Positions 35,366 to 49,416 of a stretch of DNA of 64,000 bases are shown in pieces; positions within the stretch are counted from its first letter, which is position 1, and the number at the start of each line of letters is the position of its first letter. Source of the DNA: Eledone cirrhosa (lineage: Eukaryota). The DNA is taken from NCBI GenBank assembly GCA_964016885.1, contig OZ024741.1, positions 90,334,001 to 90,398,000 of the forward strand, in the 5' to 3' direction. Below the pieces are notes generated by a model that was not told where the DNA came from, searched no databases, and saw only the letters and a program-made list of their open reading frames with translations. The position numbers were made by a program, and so were the translations under genes.

Positions 35366-37779
35366 ATTATCTTATCGATTCCGCAGAAAGATGAAAGAAA
35401 TAGTTGATCTCAGTGGTGAACTCAGAATTTAAAGTTACGTATTAATCTGCTATCCAACACCTCTTACTAATAATATTCAATGTAGGAGGATAACTTTGTC
35501 CTTTTTGGGGATATCTTTCTTTGTTGAAGTAATGACTGTTAGTGGTGAAAATGATGGCTACTCTTGTGAATACACGTTTGCTACTGTGGATAATATCAAC
35601 TAATGATACAGCCATAATTAATTAAAAGTTAAGTAGTAGTAAATGTTTTTGTTTTAATAATTTGTATGGATTTTATTATATTCCGCAAGCTAGGGGGTGG
35701 GGATGCCTGCCAGGCAAAATGTTTTGTGTTATTCCTTCCAGTTCTTTAAATTCTGTGTTCAAATGTCGCCAGGAATCGATTTAGCTGACTTTCCCTTTCT
35801 TCAAAATTGTTCGCCGTGTGTCTGTGCTAGAAACCATTATATTGTATAAACAATGAAATTTAAGCATTTAAACATTTTATCTATTAAACATTACCTAATG
35901 TTACCAACCGTGGCAAAAGTATATTCCAAACATTACTTGTCGTAAAGCGAGTAACTCTGCCGTCTATAATATTACCTATCTCATTTTTTTTCAGAAACTT
36001 ATGGGCGGATTTGTGTTCAACACAGTAAACCTCGTGAAAAAACACGTATGAGCTAGTCAACACCTTTGTTGTTGTTTAAGCCAAAGTTATCTTTGATAGA
36101 GCAAATTCATGATTAACCGTCACCATCCCATCTTATTCACATAGGATTACATTATCCCATATCTTTCTTTTTTAAGATGGTAGGCATGGTTTGAGTGAGA
36201 TCTAACTTCAAACGAGCATGTTTGCATGCAGAACGCCAAAATACATAAAATGGCACGAGATATTTTGTCTGACGCTCTACCGATTCTACCATCAGATTGA
36301 ACCTAAAACTAAAAACAATGACAATAATAATCTTTCTTTCATTTGCCACCAGATAAGTAAATTGCCTACATTTCCTGGTTATGGAAGGTGGTTGTGAGAT
36401 TTTCTCGATTGACTCAGTCAGCTGTTCGTCTAAACTTCGTAGGTCAGCATTGCTCAAAGACTGATTGAGTGCATGCAGAATAATCCGAAATCCTAACCCC
36501 TGTTTTCAAAATATGGTATTAGCTTATTTCTGAGCAAATCTCTATATAAAAAGTAAAAATTATATTTAAACCTAACTCTAGAAAGGCCATGATTATAAGG
36601 GAGAGAACTATTATTAACTTAATTTATATCCCACCCCAGCAATTATTGTTATTGCCCTTGTGATTAAAATTTTATACAACCAAATGAAAATACATCCCAG
36701 TTTAGGTGGTATGTCAGCAGCAATCCGCAGACAAGATAACGAAGGCATTGCCGCGGAAGACACCCTCGGCATCAGTCACTTTAGCTCTCGTGGCCCCTTT
36801 CTTAGGCAGGATGCACTGCTTCCACTTGTGCCATGAATTACCACAAGCTTTAGCTTCCCAAAACGTCATTCTACCGTCATCACATTTATAGGTATTGTAA
36901 GCTTTATTTTTTATGCCAACCACGGATTCTGCATTGTATCCTGTAACTTATTACTATTGTTGAATCTAACGGCTTTTAATCGGAAACTTTATATCCCCAG
37001 GAAATATTTATTTTGCAATATTTACTTCAGATCGTGCTTCCAGTTATTAATCTGAGATTTTCCAAAAATTTGAGACGCCAAAAACTTTGCCACGAAATCA
37101 ATACTTATCTCTATACACAAATCACCTTCACAGAAAATGTTCATTGTTGTTAATTTTACTATACATCGTTGCCACAGATAAACTACGCTTGTGTTCATCT
37201 TTTGGAAAACTGCGCTATTTATTAATAGAATGTAGCTTTTCATGTGATCAGTTTCTACCACAAATCAATCATTCAGCCAGCATACTGAATCACAGTAGTC
37301 GAGTTAATGACATCACATACATTGTTAAGATTATGTTTTCTAATGTGTGTCTAAAGAGTAAAAAGGTGCTCATTTTTAAGATCTTTTGAGTTTTGAGAGG
37401 GTAGAAGGTATCCTCAAAGCGGAGATATTAACAGGAAATTTGCAACAGAATGGATTATGATAAACGCAGCCAAAGTTGTAGTTCACAGGAGAAAAAAATA
37501 CTACCTACATTTTAACGACTCTGCCAATTTGTCACCTAGGTAAGTAATAATTATTATGGGCAGTGGAATGTGAAAATCGGTAGATAGACAACATATACCC
37601 GGATATAGTGAAGTCGCTTTATGTTTTGAGTTCAAATATCAACGAGGTCCATCTTCATCTTTCAAGATTCCAGCTAAGTATTGCTGTTGATTAAATCGGC
37701 AACAAACATCTTTCAAAATTTCTAGATTTGATCTTACCTTGCAAGCGCCAAACGAAATGATTTGCGGAATATATTCTAG

Positions 37780-40575
37780 ATCTAGCCCTAGCCCTAACAC
37801 TAATCTTAAACCTAATCCTAAACCCTAACCTAACCCTAACCCTAACCTTAACCCTAACTCTGAACCTAAACCTAACCATAAACATCAGCTTACCCACAAA
37901 CATAAACCTAACTCTAGCCTCCAACACTAAAGCTAACCACAACCATAAACTAAACTTAACCCCAAAACAAAACCTAATCCGAACCCGAACCTTAGCCCTA
38001 ACCTAACCCCACCACTAATACTAACCCTAAGATTAACTTCAAGCCTAAAACAAAGACCAACCCCAACCCTAACAATACATGTAAACGTAATCATAAGCCT
38101 AACCCCAATGCTAACACTAACCCTATCCCAAAACGTAGCCCTAGATTTAGCCGTAATCCTAAACCTAGCACTAGATTTAACCATAGCCCTAAACCTAACA
38201 CTAAGCCTAAAACTAATACTAACCCTAACCTTAAACCTAACCCAAGTCCTAGCCTTGGACTTAGCCATAGCCCCAACTCTAGCACTGGCCCTAAACCTAA
38301 CCCTAAGCCTTAGCTTAAGTCAAACTCTAACCATAAACATAATACTAATCCTAATCAAAGCCTAACACTAATCCTAAACCTAATCCTAACCCTGACACTA
38401 GACCTAAACTAAACTCATACTAACCCTATTTCTAACCTTAAGGGTAAACCCTAACCATAAACCTATCTCTAATCATAACCCTAACCTTATCCCTAACCCT
38501 AATCCAAACCTACACGTCATCTTAACACGAAATTTAACTCTAACCTTGACCGCTAACGCTAACACTAACCGTAACCCTAATCCTATTTTTAACCCTCCCC
38601 TAACCCTATGCTGAACAATAACTTTAACCCTCACCCTAACTCTAACACTAACACAATCTCACCCTAACTCTCACCTTAACACTAATTCTAACCAAATCAT
38701 AACTCTAACCCTAACACTAACCCTAAACCTAATCCTAACCCTGACCATAAACCTAACACTAAACTCACCTTACCCCTAATCTTAACTGTAAACCTATCTC
38801 TAACCCTAATCTTATCCCTAATCCTAACCTACACGTAATCTTAACACTAATTCTTACCCTTACCTTATCACTAACCCTACCGGTCAAACCTAAACCCTAA
38901 AACATTATCGTAACCCTAAACTTAATCCTAACTCTATCCCTAACCCTAACTCTACTTCCAACCCTAACAGTAAGACTAACCTTAACATTAGACACAACCC
39001 TAAGTCTCACTCTAACCGACAGCCTATCTCTAACCCTAACCCTAAACTTATCCTTAACCGTAATCCTAACCTACACGTAATCTTAATACCAAATCTAACA
39101 CTAACACTAACATTAACCCTACTCTCAAACCTAAACCCTAAACCATTACCGTAACCCTAACTCTAGTATTAAACCTAACCCTAACAGTAAGCCTTAACCC
39201 TAGACATAATCCTAACTCTCACTCTAACCGTAAACCTAACCATAATCTTAACCCTAACCTTAGCCCTAACGCTAACCTAACCCTAACACTATTCCTAACT
39301 ATGACTCATAACGCTAACCTTAACGCTAACCATAACGCTAACCACAAACACATACCCCTACCCATAAATCCTAAACTCTAAACCTTTACTGTAACCCTAA
39401 TCCAAACCACAACTTTAGTCCTAAACATAATCATAACCGGACCTCTAACCCTAAACCTAACTCTAAACCTAACCGTAAATCTAACTTCAACCCTAACCGT
39501 AGCCTTAACCATAACTATAACCATAAAACTATCTTTAATCCTAACCCTTACTTTATACATAAACATAACTTAGCCGTAACATTAACACTAAATCTAATCC
39601 TAATCCTAATCCTATCATTAATACTAACGGTAACCTAATGCTTAACCATAATTTCAACCCCACCCAAACTGTAACACTGACATAATCTCGACCTAACCCT
39701 AACCCTAATTTTAACCCTAACTTTAACCATTTCCCTAACACTAACCCTAACTCTAAACATAAAACTAACCCTAACCGTAAATCTTACGCTAACCCTACAC
39801 TTAAACCTAACTCTAACCCCGAACGTTATACCGAAACCTAACCTTAAAATTATCCCCAACGCTAACCCTAAACCTAATCCCAATTCTAAACCCAACCCTA
39901 AACCTTACCCAACCCCTCAACCTAACCCTCACTCTCAACATAAGCCTCACCCCAACGCTAACCCTAACCTTAGCCCGAACTCTAACTCTAAACTTATCCT
40001 TATTCCTAACCTCAACCCTAATCCAAACCCTAACTCTAAATCTAACCCTAAACTTAACCCCCCACGCTAACCTTAACCCTAACTCTAAGCCCCAAACTTT
40101 AAACTCTAAATTTAACCCTAACCCTAACACTAACCCTAACCCCAATCCTAACCCTAACCCTATCCGTAACCATATTCCTAATCTTAATCGTAAAACTATT
40201 TCTAATCATAACCCCTAACCTTAAAACTAACCCTAACCCTAATCTAACCCTAACCTTAACACTAACTCAAACCTTAATCCTCAACCCTAACACTAACCCT
40301 AACCCTAATTCTAACTCTAACCCTAACACTAACCCTAACCCTAACCCCAATCCTAACATTAACACTAACCCTAAATCTAACCCTAAATAATAAACCCTAA
40401 AACCTATACCCTAACCCTAAGCCTAACATAACCCTAACCTAACCCTAACCTCAACTCAAAACACTAAACCCTAAAAAATATACCCTAACCCTAAATACTA
40501 AACTCTAAAAACTATACCCTAACTTAGCCCTAACCCTAAGCCGAAGCTAACTCTAACCTTAACCCTACCCCTAAA
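37780..40575. repeat. Degenerate interstitial telomere-like array, (CCCTAA)n on the + strand
   Basis: Hexamer periodicity with CCCTAA and variants CTCTAA, CACTAA, CCTTAA, CCGTAA, CCATAA and TCCTAA over about 2.8 kb. Confidence 0.9.
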
Positions 40576-40894
40576 GTTAGAAATAATCGAATTCTCCCTC
40601 CTTAAATTGCTTGTCTTGTGCTTTAATTAGAACATTATTTGGTTTGTCTCTATAGCATCTCTGAGGATAGTCTAGTAAGGCGAGATATAGCAGCTTAAGG
40701 AGAAACGGAAAATTCTTCTTCAAAATTGAAAATCTGGACAATGGGTATGTGTGTTTGTGTTTGTCATAGTGTGTGTTTGTGTTTGTCATAGTGTGTGTTT
40801 GTGTTTGTCATGGTGTGTGTTTGTCATGGTGTGTGTTTGTCATGGTGTGTGTTTGACCTGGTGTGTGTTTGTGTTTGTCATGGTGTGTGTTTGG

Positions 40895-42190
40895 TATTCT
40901 TGGTAATGTTGCGATTAGCACACCCTCTATTTTCCAATTTCCGAAAGCAACAGAGGCCTTCTGGATGTGCACATGTATTTCAGCATCCAAGGAGCCATCA
41001 TTTGACAGTGTGCTATCCAAGTAGATAAATTTTGTATCTACTACTCCCAATCTGGTTCCAGCAATCATGATATTGGGTTCAGTATATATGGTTCTCCAGA
41101 AGCAGGAGTAAACATTACTTTGGTCTTTTTAAGGCTGCTTGTAAGCCCAAATGGTGTACACGAGGATGAGAAACGGTCCATAATGTGTTGCACGTCAGCT
41201 TCTGTGTGTGCTTAAAAGTCAGCATCATCGGCGTAAAGAAGGTCTCTAATCAAAGCTTGAAAAGATTTTGTTTTTGTTTTGGTATTAAACCTTAAGTTGA
41301 ACTGGAACAGAATGCCCTTGTCACAATGATGGAAAGCATGTGAGAAGAAGGCAGCAAAGAAGATGGAGAAAAGCGTTGGGACAGGAACATCACCTTACTT
41401 TACCCCATTGTCAATTAGGATTTCCCCAGATAGTTGAGCATTGAAGGTAACTTGAGTTTTCATATTTCTGAGCAGCTGCTTTATCATACTCACAAACGTG
41501 GGTGAGCATCCTACTTTTCCCAATATTATCCCGAGTGCATCTCTGTTAACCCTGTCAAAAGCTTTTGTTAGGTCTACAAAGTCTTGATATAGAGGGGAAC
41601 GCTGCTCAATACATTTTTCTTGTATTTGTCTTACAGAGAAAATCACGACAACTGTCCCCTTTCCTCCTCTAAAACCACTCTGTGATTCTGGGATAGCTAT
41701 AGGACAGATATCATCCCCCAGTCTGTTGAACAAAAGTCTTGCGATAACCTTGCAATAGCTTCCAACAAAGTGATACCACGGTAGTTGCCACATATCGATT
41801 TTTCACATTTGTCTTTGTATAATGACAACAAAATACCTTTGAATCAATCCTATGGAACCGAGATCCCATTCCAGCAGTCAGTGACGAAGACTACCGACTT
41901 TCAGCAGTTCGACTGGTATACCAGCTTGATGGTGGAACAGACAATGTTTGGGTCACCTTTTCTAGAACCCTCCCAACATTTGGGTGAGCAGTGTTCTCTT
42001 TGGAAAGGGCTGCACAGTCACAAGCCAGTTCTTATTCCGAAAACTGGCAACGACGTTAGATAAGTCTTAAGCCGCCTGCGTGCAGATTAGCAACTGCATA
42101 CCTCCAACTTGTTAGGTCTGTACATGTCGCTGCTCCCCCATCGCCACAGGACTTTGAAGAGATATCTGCACAAAGAGATCAAAGCAGCAT
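40895..42190 (-). mobile_element. Decayed RTE-clade (BovB-like) LINE
   Basis: PESQSGFRGGKGT, RQIQEKCIEQ..LY..FVDLTKAFDRV, LLYADDA, FGL..SLKKTKVM. Confidence 0.8.
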
Positions 42191-42301
42191 GTTCTTGTGT
42201 TACACACATGCAGCTCTCTAAGTATCAACAGCCAAAATCCGATGACAAGCAGATCAACCGCAGGTATTTCAGAGTGTAATTCTCTCTTTCACTCTCTGAA
42301 A

Positions 42302-42344
<43 letters not shown>

Positions 42345-42554
42345 ATTTAAAAAAAAACAAAAAAAAACTCTTAGATTTTCCCAGATAATTAATATCTAGG
42401 TAAAAATATTTTAGATAAAAGTCGTTAAAAAGTTAAAAGTTTAAAAGTTTAAAAGTTTTAAATACAAAAAAAAACAAAAAAAAACAAAAAACAAAACAAA
42501 AACACATGCACACGCAAATAATCCCCCCCAACACCCACACAACCACACAGTATA

Positions 42555-43280
42555 TACATATACGCCCACTGTTGGATGGCTGTTGACTCTCGTGAGTTAC
42601 TCCGCCCTTTGTTAGGTCTTGTTTTTCATCCTGCAGGGTGTCTAATCAGTTTAGTGGCCGACGACCCGACCACGTGACAGGTTGTACTGGAATACATGTT
42701 TCCAGTAGCATACATACATACATACATGCATACATACTCTTCTTCTTCTTCTTGCTTGGTCTCCAACATCGTCTGCATATATCTGGTTTCCAGAATTCTG
42801 CCAGAGAGCTCATTTCAACGTGTCACATATCCAGCAAATGCAAGCCTCCGTTGCTTTATGATGTCGACATCCTGTTATGTGTTCGTGTAACTGCCTTCGT
42901 ATGAGAATCATCTACTTTTTTAATCACCAAACCAGCACATGCATTTCGTCATTTGATGTTGCATTGAAATGCATGAACTTTGTTTTCTCAGTATTCAGGA
43001 AAAGTCCGATGGACTGTGCTACAACCACATATCTATGTAATAGCTCCTCAGCTTCTTTGATGATGTTTTCCAAGAGAGCTATGTCATGTGCATTGGCTAT
43101 TTTAGGTAGAACTTCCTCCGGGTGTCTGGTACTCTGCCGACTTTTCAGCGTTATCCTAACTGATGGCGTAGTGGTATTAAGCAATGCATAATCACGGCAG
43201 ATTACAAAACTTAATGGAGCAAAAGGACCTCCCTGGAGGATTCCGGCATCGATGAAGGTGCTGGTTTGACAGTACAAACA
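42555..43280 (-). mobile_element. Decayed RTE-like RT fragment plus a copy of the 28135-family head
   Basis: GILQGGPFAPLSFVIC.DY, HDIALL, IGLFLNTEKTKFM; about 42565-42710 matches 28150-28325 in reverse. Confidence 0.65.
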
Positions 43281-43567
43281 CACCTCTATTTACAGAAGTA
43301 ACGAAGGTCAATGACCAGATTGTCACAACAATATTCAAAGGAAATCTAAAAACAGTATATTTTAGTATTGGATAAGCTAACTTAAAATTGTCTATTGTTT
43401 TCTCTCTACGCTCACAGTTTGATACAATAGATCTTATTGTTAATTATCATGATGTTGTGTTGTGGTGCTTTCTTCTCTCACCTTTCCCCACCTCAATTAG
43501 CGTTTTTACCGCCGTCATAACATATCTTATATTTATCTTTTGTATTTTTTGTCATTATTATTATTTT

Positions 43568-43945
43568 GATTGGCAGTGTCGGTAGAGAGTCGGACGTCAT
43601 GCTTTCCAGCATAGTTACGTCCCTTTACGATCTGAGTTCAAATCCCGCCGAGGTTGACTTAGCCTTTCATCCTTACGGGGTCGATAAAATAAAGTACCAG
43701 TAATGCACTGGGTAATTGCTGGCCTTGTGCCTAAAGTAGAAACAATTATTATTATTTTGATTGGCAGTATCGGTAGAGAGTCGGACGCCATGCTTTGACG
43801 CATTGAGTTACGGCCCTTGCCATTCTGAGTTCAAATCCCGCTGAGGTTAACTTTGTCTTTCATCCTTACGGGGTCGATAAAATAAAGTACCAGTAATGCA
43901 CTGGGTAATTGCTGGCCTTGTGCCAAAAAGTAGAAACAATTATTA
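43568..43945 (+). mobile_element. Head-to-tail pair of Meta-domain-like SINEs
   Basis: Copies at about 43568-43745 and 43758-43940, each flanked by ATTATTATTATTTT; a third decayed copy follows at about 43975-44120. Confidence 0.88.
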
Positions 43946-45351
43946 TTATTTTAAAACATTAATAGGTAAAGCAGCATAGTGGCAGATGCATGAGGGTGTC
44001 GTATTAAAAGTATTTCGTTATTTGCTCCGGCTCACTGCGCTCTGAGTTCAAATCACACCGACGTGAATTTTGTCTTCCAGTCTTTCGAGGTTGGTAAATA
44101 GAGTTTCGGTACTGACGTTGGTCTTTATATATTTTTTTTTTTTATTACAGACACCTCTCTGTGCATTAAATCGGCTGTGTTTCGACATGAAGATAAAGAC
44201 GCTGCTAGATTCAAAATTCCCAAGACAGCGATGTCAGGACGGCGTCCCTATATATCCATCTTTAACTTTCCCATCAGACACTGAGCTAATCTCAACTTTA
44301 AAGAAGCGAGGTACTGGATTTGTTCTTGTCGTTTTGCACCAGGTTTTCTTTGATCTAACAGATCAAGGATCAAAGACATTCCACTCCTGGCCATTCAGTT
44401 TTATTTTTATAGATATAATGCATCTTTTTAGAATTCCTTTACTGCATATGTATTTTTTTGTTTGTTCCCTGCCATCGTCGACTTGCAAATTGTTCAAGAG
44501 GAATGTTCACTGCGTCCATCTCCCTTTTGTGTTTATTCTTAAGTGTGTATTTTTCTTATTAAGGGTTTTGTCTGTGAGTTTGGGGTTGGCGTGGTTTTCA
44601 CGTTTTAATTTTTGGATGTCATGTTTATGCTGGATGGTCATTATAGAATGTCCATCGTATAAAGGGAGGTTCTTACTTATCGAAGTTAGACCAACCCATG
44701 CGACCTTTTACAAAGTGTTGTCTTGATATTGTGTTAACTTTACACAGTGCACTCACACTGTATAACACGTAGCTGCGGTGCTTCTAACTACCCATCGACT
44801 TCACTTGTATGATTATACCCCTCTTCTGCGTTTTTTTGCAAACCTACGATTACATGCGTTCCATCCGTGACTATTGCATCTTCTTTACCTGAGATTACGT
44901 TATCCATTGTGCCCATCTTTAGGTAGTACAGGGTTATTTAAAATAAATTTAGCTACTATAATCAATAAGTTGTGGGACTATGTATTGGCCCCGCCCTTGG
45001 CGGAATCGTGGATAACATTCAGTTACTAGTATTTTGCGTGAAATTGTCCTAACAGAGTATACTCTTTCTTATACAGTTGAGTGTATAGATGAGGTAGCCC
45101 TATCACAGTGTATTCTTCCTTATACAGTGGAATATATACATGAGGTATCCATAACATAGTGTATTATTCTTTATACAATGCTGTAGATACACCCTAAAAT
45201 AAATGTACTCTTACACAGTTTGATATAAGAACTTACCAGCAACACACCTAAATTCTGTTTCTTGTATCATTTTTACACATATGGACCACTTATTGACAGA
45301 CCCTTGACCTTCCCTATTGGACTCAGTCGTAGTGTTACACACACACACGCA

Positions 45352-45416
<65 letters not shown>

Positions 45417-45719
45417 TATTTTAAATACACCATACATCTATTCTTCTTCTTCTCTGTTTGGCATCGGATTTTTTTCCGTTTGACGCAGTGTGTCCGATGT
45501 TCTTATAAATTTGGGGACACACACACACACACACACACAGATACACTCACATACCCACACTCACAAATACACACACAAACAGACACACACACACATATAT
45601 ATATGTACATTTTTTCTTAAAGGATTGGATATATCTTACATCCGGGCAAAAAAGTGCCAATCCCTAGAATTTTATTCTCCCCAAAACATACTTCCATATT
45701 TTCAACAACAATCACTATT

Positions 45720-45935
45720 GTAATCACCAACCACCATCACCACCACCACTACCACCACTACTACCACCACTACTACCACCACCATCACCACCACAACTAC
45801 TACCACCACCACCACCACCACTACTATCACCACTACCACCACCATCACCACCACCACCACCACTACTACTATTACCACCACCACCACTACTACTATTACC
45901 ACCACCACCACTACCACCACCACCACTACTACTAT

Positions 45936-45979
<44 letters not shown>

Positions 45980-46097
45980 TTACTACTACTACTACTACTA
46001 CTACTCTACTACTACTACTAATACCATCACTACCACACCACCACTACCACTACTACCACGTCGACCACGACCACGACCACAACCATCACCACTACCA

Positions 46098-46160
<63 letters not shown>

Positions 46161-46185
46161 CACTACTACTACTACTACTACTCGT
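45720..46185. repeat. (CAC)n/(TAC)n trinucleotide microsatellite
   Basis: Direct reading. Confidence 0.95.
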
Positions 46186-46444
46186 GAAGTTAATTTTCAT
46201 GTCCCTTTCATTATTTGATTTCAATTAATGTTTAATTGAAACGTTGATGTTCGATTGACTTTTTGTGTACAAGAAGAAGAAGACGAATAATAATAATAAT
46301 AATAATAATTGTCTCTACTTTTGGCACAAGGCCAGCAATTACGCCAGCGCATTACTGGTGTTTTATTTTATCGATCTCTAGTAATATTTCTCACTTGGAA
46401 ATAGCCGTTTTGAAAGAGAGAGCCAAGTTCCTTTTTGATTCAGG

Positions 46445-46499
<55 letters not shown>

Positions 46500-46579
46500 T
46501 TCTTGTCCTGCTATTTCAAGCGTTAAACTAATATATTTCTTCAATCTTCAATGTCGTTTGCTTTGTTACTTTTGTTTAC

Positions 46580-46671
<92 letters not shown>

Positions 46672-46683
46672 TCTATATATATA

Positions 46684-46940
46684 TGTTAGTTAGGTGTGTA
46701 GCAACAGTTACAGGCGGCGCGCTGTTTGAAGCACTCAATGTTGTTACGAGGTCTGTTTCGTTTGGGTTTTATTCCAATGTTACGGCTTTAGTGTGCAGAG
46801 TGTAAATAGAAATAGATTAGACGTGTCTCTCGCATATCTGTCGAAAAAGAGTCGGGCCCCATCACCTTGATTGTACGCTGAGCTGATCAATATCGAAACA
46901 ATTGTAAGATGCAAATAAAGTTTGTACATCTGCTGTAACA
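46684..46940 (+). mobile_element. Possible solo LTR
   Basis: TGTTA...TAACA inverted termini, about 257 bp long, AATAAA about 20 nt from the end; no clean TSD. Confidence 0.35.
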
Positions 46941-46984
46941 ATGACTTAGACTCTTTTAAATCCATCTATCTATCTATCTAGAAA

Positions 46985-47839
46985 TAAATGGAGACTCCAC
47001 TTCTACATTTTCTAGAGGGTTAGTACTTTATAAGTGCGACGACGTGCTCGGGGAAACTCTAGGCGTCGAAGACGACGAGCTCACCAGTCTGTTCGGTAGG
47101 ACTTTCCGCCTAGGACCTATGGATAACTTCCAGAGGTGCTACCCGTTCGAGATAAGATCTACTGCCACGGACGCCCCGGCAGGGATCCTTCCAAGATGCG
47201 AGCAGGACATTGAAACCGTCTTGCACGCAATTGTACACTGCCTTGGCGTAACCGACCTGTGGAACTATGCAGAACAACTGCTGTCGCGTATGGGACAAAT
47301 CCAGTTGACTGCCGAGTCCATAGTAAGGATCAAACCGCCAACCTCTTTCAAAAACGAAAGAGAGGCGGTTTTCCTCTGTACGGTGGCTATGGTGAAAGAG
47401 GTTATATGGTGGACGAGATTGAGAGGACTGAGGACAGATGCCTTTCTCTCCGGACAACAATTGATTCCCTTCTTTAAGTATCACTTTAGAAGGAGAATCA
47501 GAGTGGAGAGAGAGGCACTGCACTCCAGTAAATTTACTGAAAGGTGGGTGAATGAATCGAAAATGGCCCGAGTGATTGGGCATTCTCTGTTTATAAGCCT
47601 GTAGGTTAAAGAAGAGAGCAAAAGGAAGAAGAGAGCACTTACACAACACGCTTCTGAAGTTGAGGGTTGTTCTATCAACGGGGTATTAAACAACCCATTT
47701 GTGGCGCTTCCCCCCTATTGGGGATTTCGGTTGTTATAATTGTTTGTTTCAATATTTTTACACGACTGTATGTAAAATCCCCGGCATGTGTCTTTGTATT
47801 GTCCCCTTTTCTTGTGCGCTCTTGTGGCAAAAGAAGAAA
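46985..47839 (+). mobile_element. 5'-truncated Tx1-like LINE, copy 3
   Basis: LGETLGVEDDELTSLFGRTF...HAIVHC...ISL* plus 3' UTR; (TATC)n at 46961-46980 and 47840-47865. Confidence 0.9.
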
Positions 47840-48729
47840 TATATCTATCTATCTATTTATCTATCACACACACACACACACACACACAGAGACACAGACA
47901 CAGACACACATACATATATCTATATTCTGTTGTCTTGCGAAACCATGAATCTGCAACTGGGAATTAGGTCTCGGTTTATGTTGCCAGAGTAGTATCTGAT
48001 GAGGCTCATATCGGAATGGCAGTTCTAGTTGCAGTGATTGCGTTTCAATGAGCTTGTCACCCAATTATGTCTTGGTAGTGTTTTTGTATTTTATCATAGT
48101 AAATTATGTTTTTTTTTTTTTGGCATTAGAAAGCCTCATTTTCTCTCACATTTATGAGAATTTCTTACCTTTCAGTGAAAGTGATTGCTTGTAATGTTGT
48201 CGCAACTCTTGACGTTTCTGTTCAGCTATTTTTATGACCCTATTGCAGACGCCTTTGAAATGAAGATGCTCTGATTAAGCCCCCCCCCCCCCCCCCCCCC
48301 ACACACACACACCTCAGAATTACATTCTCCTAGCTTTTACGTTGTCATGTTTTTCACGAAAGACGCTGCCTGTGTTTCAAATAATTTTGAAAATAATCAA
48401 TAATTTGAAGGGATTTAGAAATATAACCAAACTAACTTTCTCATTATTAAGTTGGTGTTTGGAACACAACTTACATGAAATTATGATGGAAGTTTTTTTA
48501 AAAGTTAAACAGTTTAAAATGAATACTTATTGTATCACGGAAACGGGGCAGTTTGGTATCAAAAGAATAATAAAAACATTGAGTATAAGGGAGTAGTTTA
48601 AAATAACATAAAATATGGATTAAAAAATTAAAATGCAATAAATCAGAAAAAAATAGCTAATATTTTCGATGTCGCTACATCTAAAATCAACTTATAGACA
48701 ACTCTGTTACTTGTCATTATTAAGTTTGG

Positions 48730-49345
48730 GCGGTGGTGGATTGGCAGTATCGGTAGAGGGTCGGACGCCATGCTTTCCAGCGTAGTTACGTCCCTTTACG
48801 ATCTGAGTTCAAATCCCGCCGAGGTTGACTTTGCCTTTCATCCTTACGGGGTCGAGAAAATAAAGTACCAGTAATGCACTGGGTAATTGCTGGCCTTGTG
48901 CCTAAAGTAGAAACAATTATTAAGTTTGGAAGAGGGTGGTGGATAGGCAGGTAGAATCGGTAGAGGGCCGGACGCCATGTTTTGCAGCATAGAGTTACGG
49001 CCCATTATGGTCTGAGTTCAAATGCAACTGAGGTTAGCTTTACCTTTCATCCTTGCGGGATCGATAAAATAAAACACCAGTAACGCACTGGGATAAATTT
49101 AATCGACTTTCCTTTCAACCAAAATTGATGGCTTTGTGCCTAAATCAGAAACTATTATTATTAGGACGGTGGATTGGCAGTTCCGGTAGAGCGTCGGACA
49201 ACATGCTTTGCGGCATAGAGTTGCGGCCCTTTGCGTTCTGGGATCGATAAAATAAAATACCAGTAATGCACTGGAGTCAATTTAATCAACTTTCCCCTCC
49301 CCCCAAATTTTTGGTGTTGTGTCTAAATCAGAAACCATTATTAAG
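48730..49345 (+). mobile_element. Three tandem Meta-domain-like SINEs
   Basis: Copies at about 48730-48915, 48935-49158 and 49165-49338; ATTATTAAGTTTGG recurs near 48716, 48916 and 49338. Confidence 0.88.
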
Positions 49346-49416
49346 TTTGGAAGATGATGTCCAGGAAACCTACGTTGGTTAAATTAGTGGTAACAACGAT
49401 GTTAAATGTATGTATA

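Noticed and set aside
36700-36925. GC-richer stretch with short ORFs on both strands, a possible exon
   Set aside because: No recognisable homology and no convincing pair of splice sites.
37691-40145. RV/LG-rich ORFs on the minus strand
   Set aside because: They are translations of degenerate TTAGGG repeats.
44070-44726. 218-aa ORF
   Set aside because: It starts inside a decayed SINE, has low-information composition and no motif; probably an unclassified repeat relic.
46880-46915. GAAAC-AATT-GTA hammerhead-like 3' half
   Set aside because: No acceptable CUGANGA core with a paired stem II upstream.
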